Positions 1-8,746 of a DNA stretch of 60,621 nucleotides are shown piece after piece. Position numbers and translations under genes: made by a program. Every line of letters starts with the position of its first letter. The first letter of the stretch is position 1. The stretch spans positions 1-60,621 of the forward strand of contig CANGRI010000001.1 in assembly GCA_947456525.1 (NCBI GenBank), written 5' to 3'. Source of the stretch: Opitutia bacterium (lineage in GTDB: Bacteria > Verrucomicrobiota > Verrucomicrobiia > Opitutales > UBA953). The notes under the pieces are model-generated. The model had not been told where the DNA came from. It did not search any database and saw nothing but the letters and a program-made list of their open reading frames with translations.

Positions 1-1247
1 GCGCCCATGGCCGGAGCGTCCGGGTTCACTTCCGGGCCGAAGTAGCGCAGGCAGACCAGCGGCTCGGTGGTGGAGGTGTTGCGGAAGGTCACGCCCTTCT
101 TGGCGCCGGCTTCGGTGCAGAAGTATTCGTCTTCGGTCAGCTCGTTGAAGCGGATGAGCTTCGGGCTGTTGAGGACCTGGCCGTTGATCGTGCCGGAGCC
201 CTGGACGCAGATGAGGCCGTAGGCGCCCTTGTCCGTGATGACGCACTCGGCACCCGGTTCGACGGTGAGTTCCTTCGCGGTGAAGTACTGGAACTTGTCG
301 ACCTTGCCGTAGACGATCCACTTGTCGGAGTAACCCTTACCCTGGACGGAGACGACCGGCTCGAGGTAGTGGTTGTCCTTGAAGTTCGGGTCGACGTTCT
401 TGTCCCAGTCGAGCTGGTCCACGATGAAGTCCACGTCCTTATGCTTGGACTTCGGCATGTCCTTGACGAGGAGGGCCCAAGGTACTTCGCGGCCTTCGAC
501 GAGGTTCTGGTACATGCCGAACACGTCGGAGCCCCACTGCGGTTCGTAGGTGCAGAGCGAGCCGGGAGCGTGGAGGATGCAAGGGTCGATAAGCCAGCCG
601 GTGCCGGGCTCGAGCTTGTAGGCCTTGGAGAGGGCGAGGATCTTGTTGTCACCCTTGTCCCAGTTGGCGATGCACTCGCGTACCTGGGCCTTGGTCGTGC
701 CGGGCTCGAAGCCCATGAACGTGTAAGGGAAATTGTTGCCGACGTTGTTGTGCTGGGGAGGGAAGTAGTAGGACTCCGGCTTGCCTTCGAGGCCGAGCAG
801 CTTGGCCTGCTTGGCGTTCTGGTGCATGTGGTGCGGGATCGGACCCATGTTGTCGAAGAACTTGGAGTACACCGGCCACTTCTTGTACTTGTTCCAGATC
901 TTGGAGCCGATGAGCTCGGCGCCGCATTCCTTGACGGCCTGCTTGAGCGTGAAGCGGGTGTCGCCGATGACGACGTAGGACAGGCCTTCGTCGGGGGTGC
1001 GGTTGTCGTTGGCGGCTTCGGTGGTGGAAGCGAACCAGCGTTCGTCGATGCCGCCGCGGCTCAGGCCGAAGGCGTAGAGGTCATCCGGGTGAAGCTTGAG
1101 GCGCTTGCCGGGCTGGAGGAAGGAGCGCGGGACCCAGCACGGAGCCAGGCGGAGCAGGCCGCCGGTCTTGGCGAGTTCCTTCTCCACGAGAGAGGCGACG
1201 CCGCTCTTCTTGGTGGAGAGATCTTGGACAATCTTGGGGGAGGACAT
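1..1247 (-). CDS. Cupin-fold protein resembling type I phosphomannose-isomerase-like sugar isomerases (C-terminus outside the window)
   Basis: Absent from the ORF track because no stop lies inside the window. The reverse-complement frame from ATG (1247-1245) is open to position 1 (~415 codons): MSSPKIVQDLSTKKSGVASLVEKELAKTGGLLRLAPCWVPRSF...SKFFDNMGPIPHHMHQ...ESYYFPPQ...DPCILHAPGSL. Strong GC3 bias. Track ORFs 137..652(-) and 369..1313(+) are off-frame or antisense shadows. Function is inferred only from the cupin-like His motifs. Confidence 0.7.
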   Translation of the reverse strand, partial: MSSPKIVQDLSTKKSGVASLVEKELAKTGGLLRLAPCWVPRSFLQPGKRLKLHPDDLYAFGLSRGGIDERWFASTTEAANDNRTPDEGLSYVVIGDTRFTLKQAVKECGAELIGSKIWNKYKKWPVYSKFFDNMGPIPHHMHQNAKQAKLLGLEGKPESYYFPPQHNNVGNNFPYTFMGFEPGTTKAQVRECIANWDKGDNKILALSKAYKLEPGTGWLIDPCILHAPGSLCTYEPQWGSDVFGMYQNLVEGREVPWALLVKDMPKSKHKDVDFIVDQLDWDKNVDPNFKDNHYLEPVVSVQGKGYSDKWIVYGKVDKFQYFTAKELTVEPGAECVITDKGAYGLICVQGSGTINGQVLNSPKLIRFNELTEDEYFCTEAGAKKGVTFRNTSTTEPLVCLRYFGPEVNPDAPAMG

Positions 1248-1323
1248 GGTAGGGGGAAAGGAGGGTCGGGGAGGTCGGATTTAGGCGACTCCGCGGGCAG
1301 GGACAAGAATTGAGTAAGCCGAC

Positions 1324-2427
1324 TTACGACTTCAAAAACTGCCAATTAATGGGGCAGGTAACGGCCTGGCCGTTTTCGCCCGTAATCCTGACGGACTCGG
1401 GGCCGGCGGGTACGATGCTCTGGACTTGGCCGAAGTCGGGCGACACCGCGGCGGCGGCCTGGATCAGGGGGAGGCGGACGCGCTGGTCCTTGCGGAACAA
1501 GCGGCTGGTCGGGATGGCCTTGGCGGCCAGGCGATCCTCGCGGGCGACGTCGACGCCGTCGCAGAAGTGGGAGCAGACTTCCTCCAGACCGAGGCGTCCG
1601 AGGTGGCGTTTCTCCCAGGGGTGTCCGGGACGGCCGCCGTTGGAGAGCCAGAAGAGGGTGGACGGGAAATCTGCGACGTTCTTGAGCGAGAACCAGACGT
1701 AGCCCGGGAACGTCACGGCGGTCCAGGCGAACGGCTGCGCTTCGGTCGCGGGTTCGTTGACGAGCATGATCAGGTCATCGCTGCCGGCGCGGGAGGGGTA
1801 GCGCGTGAGATCGGTGTTCGTGCCGTCCTTCATCGGGACGGATTTCAAGGTGGAGAATTCGGCGGAAGGCTTGAGCACGCCGGTTTCGCCCGCCGCCGGG
1901 TTGGAGAACTCGCCGGCGTAGACGGAGCCGAAGCGGAAGGCGCTCGTGGCGATACGCGCCGCGCCGGCCGGAACGTGCGACAGGTCGAGCACGGGGTGGT
2001 TGCCGTAGTTCCAGCGGCCTTCGAGGTTCTCGATGAGGTGCTCCCAGTAGATCGCGTGGTGGCCCGGAATCAGCGAGAAGTGCTTGGTGACCGTCGCGCC
2101 GGTGTCCGTGCCGGTCTGCGTGAGCTTGAGGGATGTCGCGGACGCGGAGGCGAGCTGCCACGTCGCGTTGGCGGTGTCACCATGGGGCGGGCCTTTCTCC
2201 TGTCCGCCGAACGGCAGGCACATGAAGTCGCCGCGCAGGTAGGTGAGCAGGTTGGGGAGGGACTGGTCGATCTGCGTGGGCGTCCACGGGGAGAGCGAGA
2301 AGGGGGAGGCCTTGAGTCCTTTGAAGTTGAACGTGACCGGAGCGAGATGTCCTGCGGTCTGGGTGACGGCCAGTTCGACCTCAGCGGTTCGCAAGGTGTA
2401 GCTCGGGGCTCCGTGAATGGTTTCCAT
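1324..2427 (-). CDS. Hypothetical protein, possibly galactose-mutarotase/aldose-1-epimerase-like beta-sandwich
   Basis: Track ORF, 367 aa, ATG start, coherent GC3-biased frame. PPHGDTANATWQL and GNHPVLDL recall mutarotase-like strands (from memory). Lies 76 nt upstream of, and co-directional with, the cupin gene. Confidence 0.65.
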   Translation of the reverse strand: METIHGAPSYTLRTAEVELAVTQTAGHLAPVTFNFKGLKASPFSLSPWTPTQIDQSLPNLLTYLRGDFMCLPFGGQEKGPPHGDTANATWQLASASATSLKLTQTGTDTGATVTKHFSLIPGHHAIYWEHLIENLEGRWNYGNHPVLDLSHVPAGAARIATSAFRFGSVYAGEFSNPAAGETGVLKPSAEFSTLKSVPMKDGTNTDLTRYPSRAGSDDLIMLVNEPATEAQPFAWTAVTFPGYVWFSLKNVADFPSTLFWLSNGGRPGHPWEKRHLGRLGLEEVCSHFCDGVDVAREDRLAAKAIPTSRLFRKDQRVRLPLIQAAAAVSPDFGQVQSIVPAGPESVRITGENGQAVTCPINWQFLKS

Positions 2428-2521
2428 GGGGAAGCGTCATTTCCTGCAAGAGCCGCAGGCCTGTCAACGCCTCGGGTGCTCTCCGCTTGCTAAGCGGAAG
2501 GCCCCGCGTTTGCTTTTCCTC

Positions 2522-2797
2522 ATGCCGCAGCCTTTGCCCATCCTTTATACCAAGCCCGGATGCCCCTGGTGCACCCAGGCCCTCGAGTACTTCGCCCAGC
2601 AGGGCGTGAAGCTCGACGTCCGTGACGTGATCGCCGACATGCACCAGATGCGCCAGCTGGTCGCCCTGACCGGCCAGTCCAAGTGCCCGTCCTTCCGCTA
2701 CGGGGACTTCATCGTGGCCGATTTCGGCGTCGATGAGTTCATCAATAAGGCCCGGAAGCACCCGGCCGTCTGCGCCGAACTGGGGCTTAAGGTCTAA
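2522..2797 (+). CDS. Glutaredoxin/NrdH-like small thioredoxin-fold protein (CPWC)
   Basis: Track ORF 2417..2797 trimmed to ATG 2522 (MPQPLPILYTKPGCPWCTQALEYFAQQGVKLDVRDV...). CPWC active site in a glutaredoxin-like context. The 35 upstream codons overlap the divergent gene's 5' end. Confidence 0.8.
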   Translation: MPQPLPILYTKPGCPWCTQALEYFAQQGVKLDVRDVIADMHQMRQLVALTGQSKCPSFRYGDFIVADFGVDEFINKARKHPAVCAELGLKV

Positions 2798-2831
2798 TCT
2801 TAGGCAAAAGGGTAAGCCTCTTATATTTTCC

Positions 2832-2860
2832 TTGGACAACTAGGGTAATCCCCCTAGTAA
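2832..2860 (+). promoter_or_regulatory. Putative sigma70-like promoter (TTGGAC-17 nt-TAGTAA) with embedded 6-bp inverted repeat, 7 nt upstream of the sulfatase ATG
   Basis: TTGGAC at 2832-2837, TAGTAA at 2855-2860, 17-nt spacer. Inverted repeat CTAGGG-N6-CCCTAG at 2840-2857. Lies in one of the few AT-rich stretches. ATG at 2868 implies a leaderless or near-leaderless mRNA. Consensus-based guess only. Confidence 0.3.
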
Positions 2861-2867
2861 TGTCCCC

Positions 2868-4256
2868 ATGAGGTTTACCCCAACCTTGGGCCTCCTGCTG
2901 TGCGCGACCTTGTTCGGCGCCCGGCCTAACGTCGTATATATCATGAGCGACGACATGGGGTGGGGCGACCCGGGTTGCTACGGTTCGACACAGAACTTCA
3001 CGCCGAACATCGATCGTCTCGCCAAGGAAGGTCTTCGTTTCTCCAGCTTCTACGCCACGCAGGCCGTCTGTACGTCGTCGCGCACCGCGCTGCTGACCGG
3101 CTGCTATCCGAATCGCCTCGGTCTAGGCGGCGTCGCGCTCGGTCCGCACGCCAAGACGGGCCTGAGCAACGACGAGCAGACGTTGGGAACCTTGCTGCGC
3201 GACGCCGGCTATCATACCGGCGTCGTCGGTAAATGGCACCTCGGCGACGCGCCGAAGTTCCTTCCGCCCAGCCACGGCTTCGATGATTCGATGATCCTGC
3301 CGTACTCGAACGACATGTGGCCGCTGGGCTACGCGGTCGGCGACGAATCCCGCCGCAAGATGTACCCGGAGCTGCCGCGCTACGTGAATGGGAACCAGAT
3401 GGGCTTCGTCCGCGATTGGGCTGACATGGACGCGCTGACCTCCTCCCAGGGGCTGCGCGCGGTGCGCTTCATCCATGACAGCGCCGGCAAGGACAATCCG
3501 TTCTTCCTTTATCTGGCGACGTCGATGCCGCATGTCCCGCTCGGCGCTTCGGCTGATTTCAAGGGAAAGTTCGCGACACCTTACGCGGACACCATGGCCG
3601 ACATCGACCGCACCGTCGGCGCCGTGCTGAAGGCGCTGGCGGATACGGGCGTGGAAAAGGAGACGATTGTCGTATTCACCAGCGACAACGGGCCTTGGTT
3701 GAATTTCGGTCGCCATGCCGGCTCAGCCGGACGTTTCCGCGAAGGCAAAGGGACGACCTTCGAGGGGGGCGTACGCGTTCCGTTCATCGTGCGCTGGCCT
3801 GGCGTCGTGAAGGCCGATGCCCGGACGGATGCGCTCGCCGCGAACATCGACGTCGTGCCGACGTTGGTCGAGGCCTGCGGCGCGTCCAAGCCTAAGCAGG
3901 AAATCGACGGACAATCCTTCCTCCCGTTGCTCAAGGGCGCGACGTCGTCGGCCCGCGCTTCTTTCGCCTATTATTACGGTGACCGCCTCGAGGCCGTCCG
4001 GAAGGGCAAGTGGAAGCTCCACCTGCCGCACGCGTATCGCAGCTACGTCGACATGGTGCCCGCCGCCAAGGACGGGCTGCCGGCCACGACGCATCAACGT
4101 CAGATCGGCCTCTCCCTCTTCGACCTGGACGCCGACCCGGGTGAGACGAACGACGTTTCCGCCGCGAACCCGGAGCTGGTGAAGGAACTGCAGGAGTTCG
4201 CCGTCGCGGAGCGCAAGAAGCTCGACGCCGGCAAGCGCCCCGTCGGCCGGCTCTGA
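2868..4256 (+). CDS. Type I sulfatase (arylsulfatase A-like), secreted
   Basis: 462 aa with a short signal-like N-terminus. NVVYIMSDDMGWGD, CTSSRTALLTG at the formylglycine-motif position, and GKWHLG are hallmark sulfatase blocks. Confidence 0.9.
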   Translation: MRFTPTLGLLLCATLFGARPNVVYIMSDDMGWGDPGCYGSTQNFTPNIDRLAKEGLRFSSFYATQAVCTSSRTALLTGCYPNRLGLGGVALGPHAKTGLSNDEQTLGTLLRDAGYHTGVVGKWHLGDAPKFLPPSHGFDDSMILPYSNDMWPLGYAVGDESRRKMYPELPRYVNGNQMGFVRDWADMDALTSSQGLRAVRFIHDSAGKDNPFFLYLATSMPHVPLGASADFKGKFATPYADTMADIDRTVGAVLKALADTGVEKETIVVFTSDNGPWLNFGRHAGSAGRFREGKGTTFEGGVRVPFIVRWPGVVKADARTDALAANIDVVPTLVEACGASKPKQEIDGQSFLPLLKGATSSARASFAYYYGDRLEAVRKGKWKLHLPHAYRSYVDMVPAAKDGLPATTHQRQIGLSLFDLDADPGETNDVSAANPELVKELQEFAVAERKKLDAGKRPVGRL

Positions 4257-5399
4257 TCAGGTCAGGCCGAGGATATCGGCGGTCCGCCAAGCCATCACCG
4301 CGAAGCCGACGATCGCGACGGTCAGGCAGACTGCGCGTCGAACCTTGTTCTCAGGCAGGCCGCTGCGAAGCGCCAGCCAGAGCAGGGCGGCCGACGTGAA
4401 GATCACGGCCATCTGGGCGAGTTCGACGCCGACATTGAAGCCGACGAGGATGCGCACGATGCTGCCGTTGTCCCATTCCTTGAGCCGATCCGAGACCGCC
4501 GCGGCGAAACCGAGGCCGTGGACCAGACCGAAGGCCGCGGGGATGATCAGCATCTGACGGTTCGTCGCGGTGCCGCGGAAAGCCATCAGGCCGCCGAGGC
4601 CGATCGTGAGCGCGATGAAAGGTTCGATCCATGGCCCGGGGTTGCCGATCCAGCCCAGCGCCACCGCGCTGAGCGTGATGCTGTGGCCGACCGTGAAGAC
4701 GAGCGAACGACCGAGGGCTTGTCCGAGCGACGCCGCGCCGAGGAACATCGCCAGCATGAACAGGCAATGATCCCACCCTTCGGGGATGACGTGGCCGAAG
4801 CCGTCGCCGAGGAGGGTGATGACCGTCTGATTCCGGCGCGTCGCGGGTGAGGGGTCGTCGCCGATCTGGAATTCGCCCGGTTCGTGTTTGGAGACCGCCA
4901 TCACGGTCTGGAATTCCATTCCTTTGCGCAGGTTCGTGAACACCGTGCCCAAGGCGTCGGGAAAGCGAAGGACAAGCTTACGGGCGTCGGCCGGGATCGA
5001 CGCGGTGAGCTTGGCGTTCATCATCACCGGATAGCGGTCGGCTTCGCCCTGGCGGGAGGATTGAGCGAGGATCTGTTCGGCGGTGGGAAAGGCTTCGAGC
5101 GTCCAGTTCACCGGCTTGCCGTCGGCTTCGAGCCGCAGGCCGGCGAGGAACTGTCTTCGTCCGGGTTCGATGGACGCGGCCAGCCGGCCCGGGGTGAACA
5201 TCAGTGCGTCGAGCTCCTTGATCGGCGCGTCCTTGGGGAGCTGGCCGATCAGGAAGGACGGGACATCGAACTTCACCGTCAAGGAGAAGGTGTTCTTCTC
5301 GTCGATGACGCCGATGCACGAGGCTTCCTTCCACTCCGGGTGGGCCCAGAGGAGCGCCGGCGAAAGGGCCGACAGCCAGAGGAGCAGGACTAGTCGCAT
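4257..5399 (-). CDS. HupE/UreJ-family membrane protein with N-terminal periplasmic domain
   Basis: 380 aa with a signal peptide and a ~190-aa soluble domain. This is followed by TM helices carrying DHCLFMLAMFLG, FTVGHSITLS, LVHGLGFA and VGFNVGVELAQ, typical of HupE/UreJ-type proteins. Confidence 0.8.
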   Translation of the reverse strand: MRLVLLLWLSALSPALLWAHPEWKEASCIGVIDEKNTFSLTVKFDVPSFLIGQLPKDAPIKELDALMFTPGRLAASIEPGRRQFLAGLRLEADGKPVNWTLEAFPTAEQILAQSSRQGEADRYPVMMNAKLTASIPADARKLVLRFPDALGTVFTNLRKGMEFQTVMAVSKHEPGEFQIGDDPSPATRRNQTVITLLGDGFGHVIPEGWDHCLFMLAMFLGAASLGQALGRSLVFTVGHSITLSAVALGWIGNPGPWIEPFIALTIGLGGLMAFRGTATNRQMLIIPAAFGLVHGLGFAAAVSDRLKEWDNGSIVRILVGFNVGVELAQMAVIFTSAALLWLALRSGLPENKVRRAVCLTVAIVGFAVMAWRTADILGLT

Positions 5400-5445
5400 G
5401 CGTAGTGACTACGACGGCAGGCTGTCGCGTTCCAACCAAAAGAGA

Positions 5446-6123
5446 TCACTTCGCGGCTTCTTCCCGGCGAGGCGGACGCTTCTCCTCCTTGTCGCTGGCG
5501 CCGGCCGGGCGGGTGTAGAGCACGTTGAGGTCGGCGGCGGCGAGGATCTTGCCCTTCATCGCGGCGAGGACCGGTTCCACGGTGACGGGGCTTTCGGCCT
5601 TGGAGAGGTCGGGCTTGGCGGAAAGGGCGAAGAGGGTGAGGACGTATTTCTTCTCGCCCGGGCCCTTGGAGTGGGGCGGCGCGTATTCGACGCGGTCATG
5701 CACGGTGCTCATGCCCATCTTGCCGAAGTCGGTGGCGTTCTTGGCGACGCTCGTCGTCTTCGGGTCGATGTCATACATCAGCCAGTAGATCTTGGTCTTA
5801 CCTTCCGGGTCGAGATGGTGCATGATGAGCACCAGGCTCTGCGTGCCCTTGGGCACGCCGGTCCAGGCGAGGGGCGGACTGGCGCTCGCGCCGTCGCCGG
5901 TGAATTCCACCGGCAGGGCTTCGCCGTCCTTCACCGCCGGGCTGGTGAGCTTGAGCGTGGAATTCTTGTCGGCCGGCTTGGCCGCGGCGACGTTGTCGAC
6001 CGCACCGGCGGGCGGCCCGCCTTTGTCGCCCTTGCCCTTGCCGCCCTTCTTGCCATCGGCAGGGGCGGCGAAAGTGAGGGCGGCCAGCAGGAACGTCAGG
6101 ATGGATAAGGAGCGGATGAGCAT
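5446..6123 (-). CDS. YbhB/YbcL-family phosphatidylethanolamine-binding (Raf-kinase-inhibitor-like) protein, secreted
   Basis: 225 aa with a signal peptide and a Gly/Lys-rich linker. LVLIMHHLDPEG, YWLMYDI and YAPPHSKGPGEKKYVLTLFAL match bacterial PEBP proteins. Confidence 0.85.
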   Translation of the reverse strand: MLIRSLSILTFLLAALTFAAPADGKKGGKGKGDKGGPPAGAVDNVAAAKPADKNSTLKLTSPAVKDGEALPVEFTGDGASASPPLAWTGVPKGTQSLVLIMHHLDPEGKTKIYWLMYDIDPKTTSVAKNATDFGKMGMSTVHDRVEYAPPHSKGPGEKKYVLTLFALSAKPDLSKAESPVTVEPVLAAMKGKILAAADLNVLYTRPAGASDKEEKRPPRREEAAK

Positions 6124-6169
6124 TGTGATATTATGCCAAGGTCAGCCTTAACCCAGGATTAAGGACGGG

Positions 6170-7015
6170 TTATTCCGAACTGCCGGCTTCGTCGCGTGAA
6201 CGGAGGGCGCGGGGATGCCGGAAGGAGTCGGGCTCGAAAAAGACCTTTTCCATGAACAGGCCGCGGGCCGGCGCCGTCGGGACCTCGGAAGTGATCGCGC
6301 GTTCCTTGCGGTAGGCGACGAGGCGTTCGGGGGGCATCTTGCCTTCGCCGACGCGCAGCAGGCCGCCGACCAGCCGTCGCACCATCTTGTACAGGAAGCC
6401 GCTGCCCTCGGCGACGATGGTGATGCGCTTGCCGCGTCGGCGGACGTCGAGGCGGCGGAGATCCTTGACCGGATTCTCCTTCTCCATGCCTTGGCCGTGA
6501 TTCGCGCCGAAGGCGTAGAAGTCATGTTTGCCGAGCAGGAGCTTGGCCGCCTGGCGCATCAGCTTCACGTCGACGGTCTTGTTGCCGAGGCCAAGGCAGT
6601 AGCGCGCTTCCCAGGGCGGTGGATAGCCGTCGCAGATCTCGTAGCGGTAACGCTTGCCGTTGGCGTGCCAACGGCAGTGGAAGCCGGGCGCGACGCGTTG
6701 GAGGTGCGTCACGAGGATGCCGTTCTGTTCGCACGAATTGATCGCGTGGACGAGATAACTGCAGGGGTGGGGCCAGAAGGCGTCAAAGTGGAACCGCTGG
6801 CCGACGCTGTGGACGCCCGAGTCGGTGCGGCCGCTGCCATGGATGTCGATCGGCGTCTTCAGGATCCGCGAAAGGCGTTCTTCGAGCTCGCCCTCGATGG
6901 AAAGCCGTCCGGTCTGGACCTGCCAGCCGATGTGGTCGGTGCCGTCGTAGGCCACGGTCGCGAGGAAGCGCTCGAGCTTCGGCGTGAAGGGCTTCTTGGG
7001 TTTGGCGGGAGGCAT
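6170..7015 (-). CDS. truA: tRNA pseudouridine(38-40) synthase TruA
   Basis: Track ORF 6170..7072 trimmed to ATG 7015, 1 nt after the ruvX stop codon. VAYDGTDHIGWQVQ and HGSGRTDSGVHSVGQRFHFD (catalytic Asp block). Confidence 0.9.
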   Translation of the reverse strand: MPPAKPKKPFTPKLERFLATVAYDGTDHIGWQVQTGRLSIEGELEERLSRILKTPIDIHGSGRTDSGVHSVGQRFHFDAFWPHPCSYLVHAINSCEQNGILVTHLQRVAPGFHCRWHANGKRYRYEICDGYPPPWEARYCLGLGNKTVDVKLMRQAAKLLLGKHDFYAFGANHGQGMEKENPVKDLRRLDVRRRGKRITIVAEGSGFLYKMVRRLVGGLLRVGEGKMPPERLVAYRKERAITSEVPTAPARGLFMEKVFFEPDSFRHPRALRSRDEAGSSE

Positions 7016-7016
7016 G

Positions 7017-7454
7017 TCAGGAGCCGATGCCGCGGCTGTTGAGGAAGTCTTGGAGCAGGACGGCCGCCGCACGGGAATCGCGTTCGCCGGTGCGGGCCTG
7101 CTGCTTGCGTTCCTGGGCCGAGCGCGCCTTGCGGCCGCCCATCTCGTCGGCCGCCTGGCTCGTGAGGGCTTCGTCGACCTTCTCGATCGGGAGATGGAAG
7201 CGCTTGGTCAGCTCGGCCGCGAAGACATCGACCTCGTCGCAGCGCTTGGTCCGTTCGCCTTCGACCGAGAGCGGGTAGCCTAGGACCAACAATGTGACCT
7301 TGAGCCGGGCGATCTCCTTGCCGATCTGGGCGAACCGTTCTTCGGGATTATCCGCGACGGCCGCCGGCAGCGGGAAGGCGAAGCCGAGTTCGTCGGCATG
7401 GCTCAGCCCGACCCTTCGCGAGCCATAATCGATGCCGAGAAAGACCTGTGCCAC
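7017..7454 (-). CDS. ruvX: Holliday-junction resolvase-like nuclease RuvX (YqgF)
   Basis: Track ORF 7017..7562. The conserved core begins FLGIDYGSRRVGLSHADELG. Start set at GTG 7454 (VAQVFLGIDYG) because the longer N-terminus would run over the divergent gene's start. Start uncertain. Confidence 0.8.
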   Translation of the reverse strand: MAQVFLGIDYGSRRVGLSHADELGFAFPLPAAVADNPEERFAQIGKEIARLKVTLLVLGYPLSVEGERTKRCDEVDVFAAELTKRFHLPIEKVDEALTSQAADEMGGRKARSAQERKQQARTGERDSRAAAVLLQDFLNSRGIGS

Positions 7455-7547
7455 GCGGCCAAGTTGGGACACCTTGGCGGAATATTCAATCCGACACGTG
7501 GGAGGGGCGGGTTTGACACCGCACCTCGCGGGGGTTCCACTGTGCCC

Positions 7548-8693
7548 ATGTCCGCGGAACAACGCCTAAGCGACCATGAGAGGGCCTTGTACTCCCGGCA
7601 GATTCGTCTGCCCGGGGTGGGGGCGTCCGGTCAGCTACGTCTCCGCGAAGCCAAGGTCCTCATCCTGGGGGCCGGCGGCCTCGGTTCGCCGGTCGGCTTA
7701 TACCTCGCCGCCGCCGGCGTAGGCCTCATCGGCATCGCCGACCCGGATAAGGTCGAGATCTCCAACCTGCATCGGCAGGTCGTCCATGGCTTCGATACCT
7801 TGGGCCTACCGAAGACCATTTCCGCCGCCGAGGCCCTCGGTGAGATCAATCCCGGCCTCAAGGTCGCCCTGCATCCCGAAGGCTTCACCGTCGAGAACGC
7901 CGCGGAGCTCGTGGCCCGTTACGACCTGGTCGTCGACGGGACGGATAATTTCGCGACGCGCTTCCTCGCCGCCGACGCCTGCGTGCTCGGCGGAAAACCG
8001 CTGGTACACGGCAGCGTGCTGCGCGAAAGCGGACAGGTCGGCGTCTTTCTTCCCAAGTCTGGCTGTTACCGATGTCTCTATCCTGTCATCCCCGACGCCG
8101 CTTCCGTGCCGACATGCGCCGACGCCGGCGTCTTCGGCGCGACTTGCGGGGTGATCGGTTCCTGGATGGCCTCCGAGGTGATCGCGGTCCTGCTCGGCAA
8201 GCGGGTCTCTTCACGACTTCTGGTCATCGATGTCGCCGCCGGAACCTCCAAGTTGATCGCACTGGCCGCCGATGCCGCGTGCCCGTGCTGTGGCTCCGCG
8301 CCGAGCATCCGCTCCCTCGAGAAGGGCGCCTATGCGCCCACCCTTTGCTCAACCCAAGCCCCTATGTCCGAAACTCCGCTCGAAGTGACCGTCGAAGAAG
8401 CCCAGCGCCTGCTGGCCGGTCCGAATCCTCCCGTCCTGATCGATGTCCGCGAGATGGATGAGTATGCCGTCTGCCGGATCGAAGGGTCCCGTCTGATTCC
8501 GATGAACACCGTGCCGGCTCGTCTGGCTGAGATTCCTCAGGATATCCCGGTCCTGGTCCAGTGCCACCACGGCGGGCGGAGCATGAAGGTCACCCAGTTC
8601 CTGCGGTCCAAGGGCTATCCCCACGTCAGCAACGTCAAGGGCGGCATCGACGCTTGGTCGTTGAAGGTAGACCCGAAGGTACCGCGGTACTGA
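7548..8693 (+). CDS. ThiF/MoeB-family adenylyltransferase fused to a C-terminal rhodanese domain (MoeZ/MoeBR-type)
   Basis: Track ORF 7398..8693 trimmed to ATG 7548 (MSAEQRLSDHERALYSRQIRLPGVG). GAGGLGSP nucleotide loop, CYRC and CPCC zinc motifs, rhodanese active-site loop CHHGGRS. Confidence 0.85.
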   Translation: MSAEQRLSDHERALYSRQIRLPGVGASGQLRLREAKVLILGAGGLGSPVGLYLAAAGVGLIGIADPDKVEISNLHRQVVHGFDTLGLPKTISAAEALGEINPGLKVALHPEGFTVENAAELVARYDLVVDGTDNFATRFLAADACVLGGKPLVHGSVLRESGQVGVFLPKSGCYRCLYPVIPDAASVPTCADAGVFGATCGVIGSWMASEVIAVLLGKRVSSRLLVIDVAAGTSKLIALAADAACPCCGSAPSIRSLEKGAYAPTLCSTQAPMSETPLEVTVEEAQRLLAGPNPPVLIDVREMDEYAVCRIEGSRLIPMNTVPARLAEIPQDIPVLVQCHHGGRSMKVTQFLRSKGYPHVSNVKGGIDAWSLKVDPKVPRY

Positions 8694-8746
8694 GCGAGAC
8701 AAGGCTTGCCCACACCCGTTCGCCCTTCTTTTATTCCCGCCACACC

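Noticed and set aside
7455-7547. Moco riboswitch upstream of the moeB-like gene.
   Set aside because: Only 93 nt are available and are shared with the divergent ruvX promoter. I could not recognise the conserved Moco-motif architecture. An Rfam scan would settle it.
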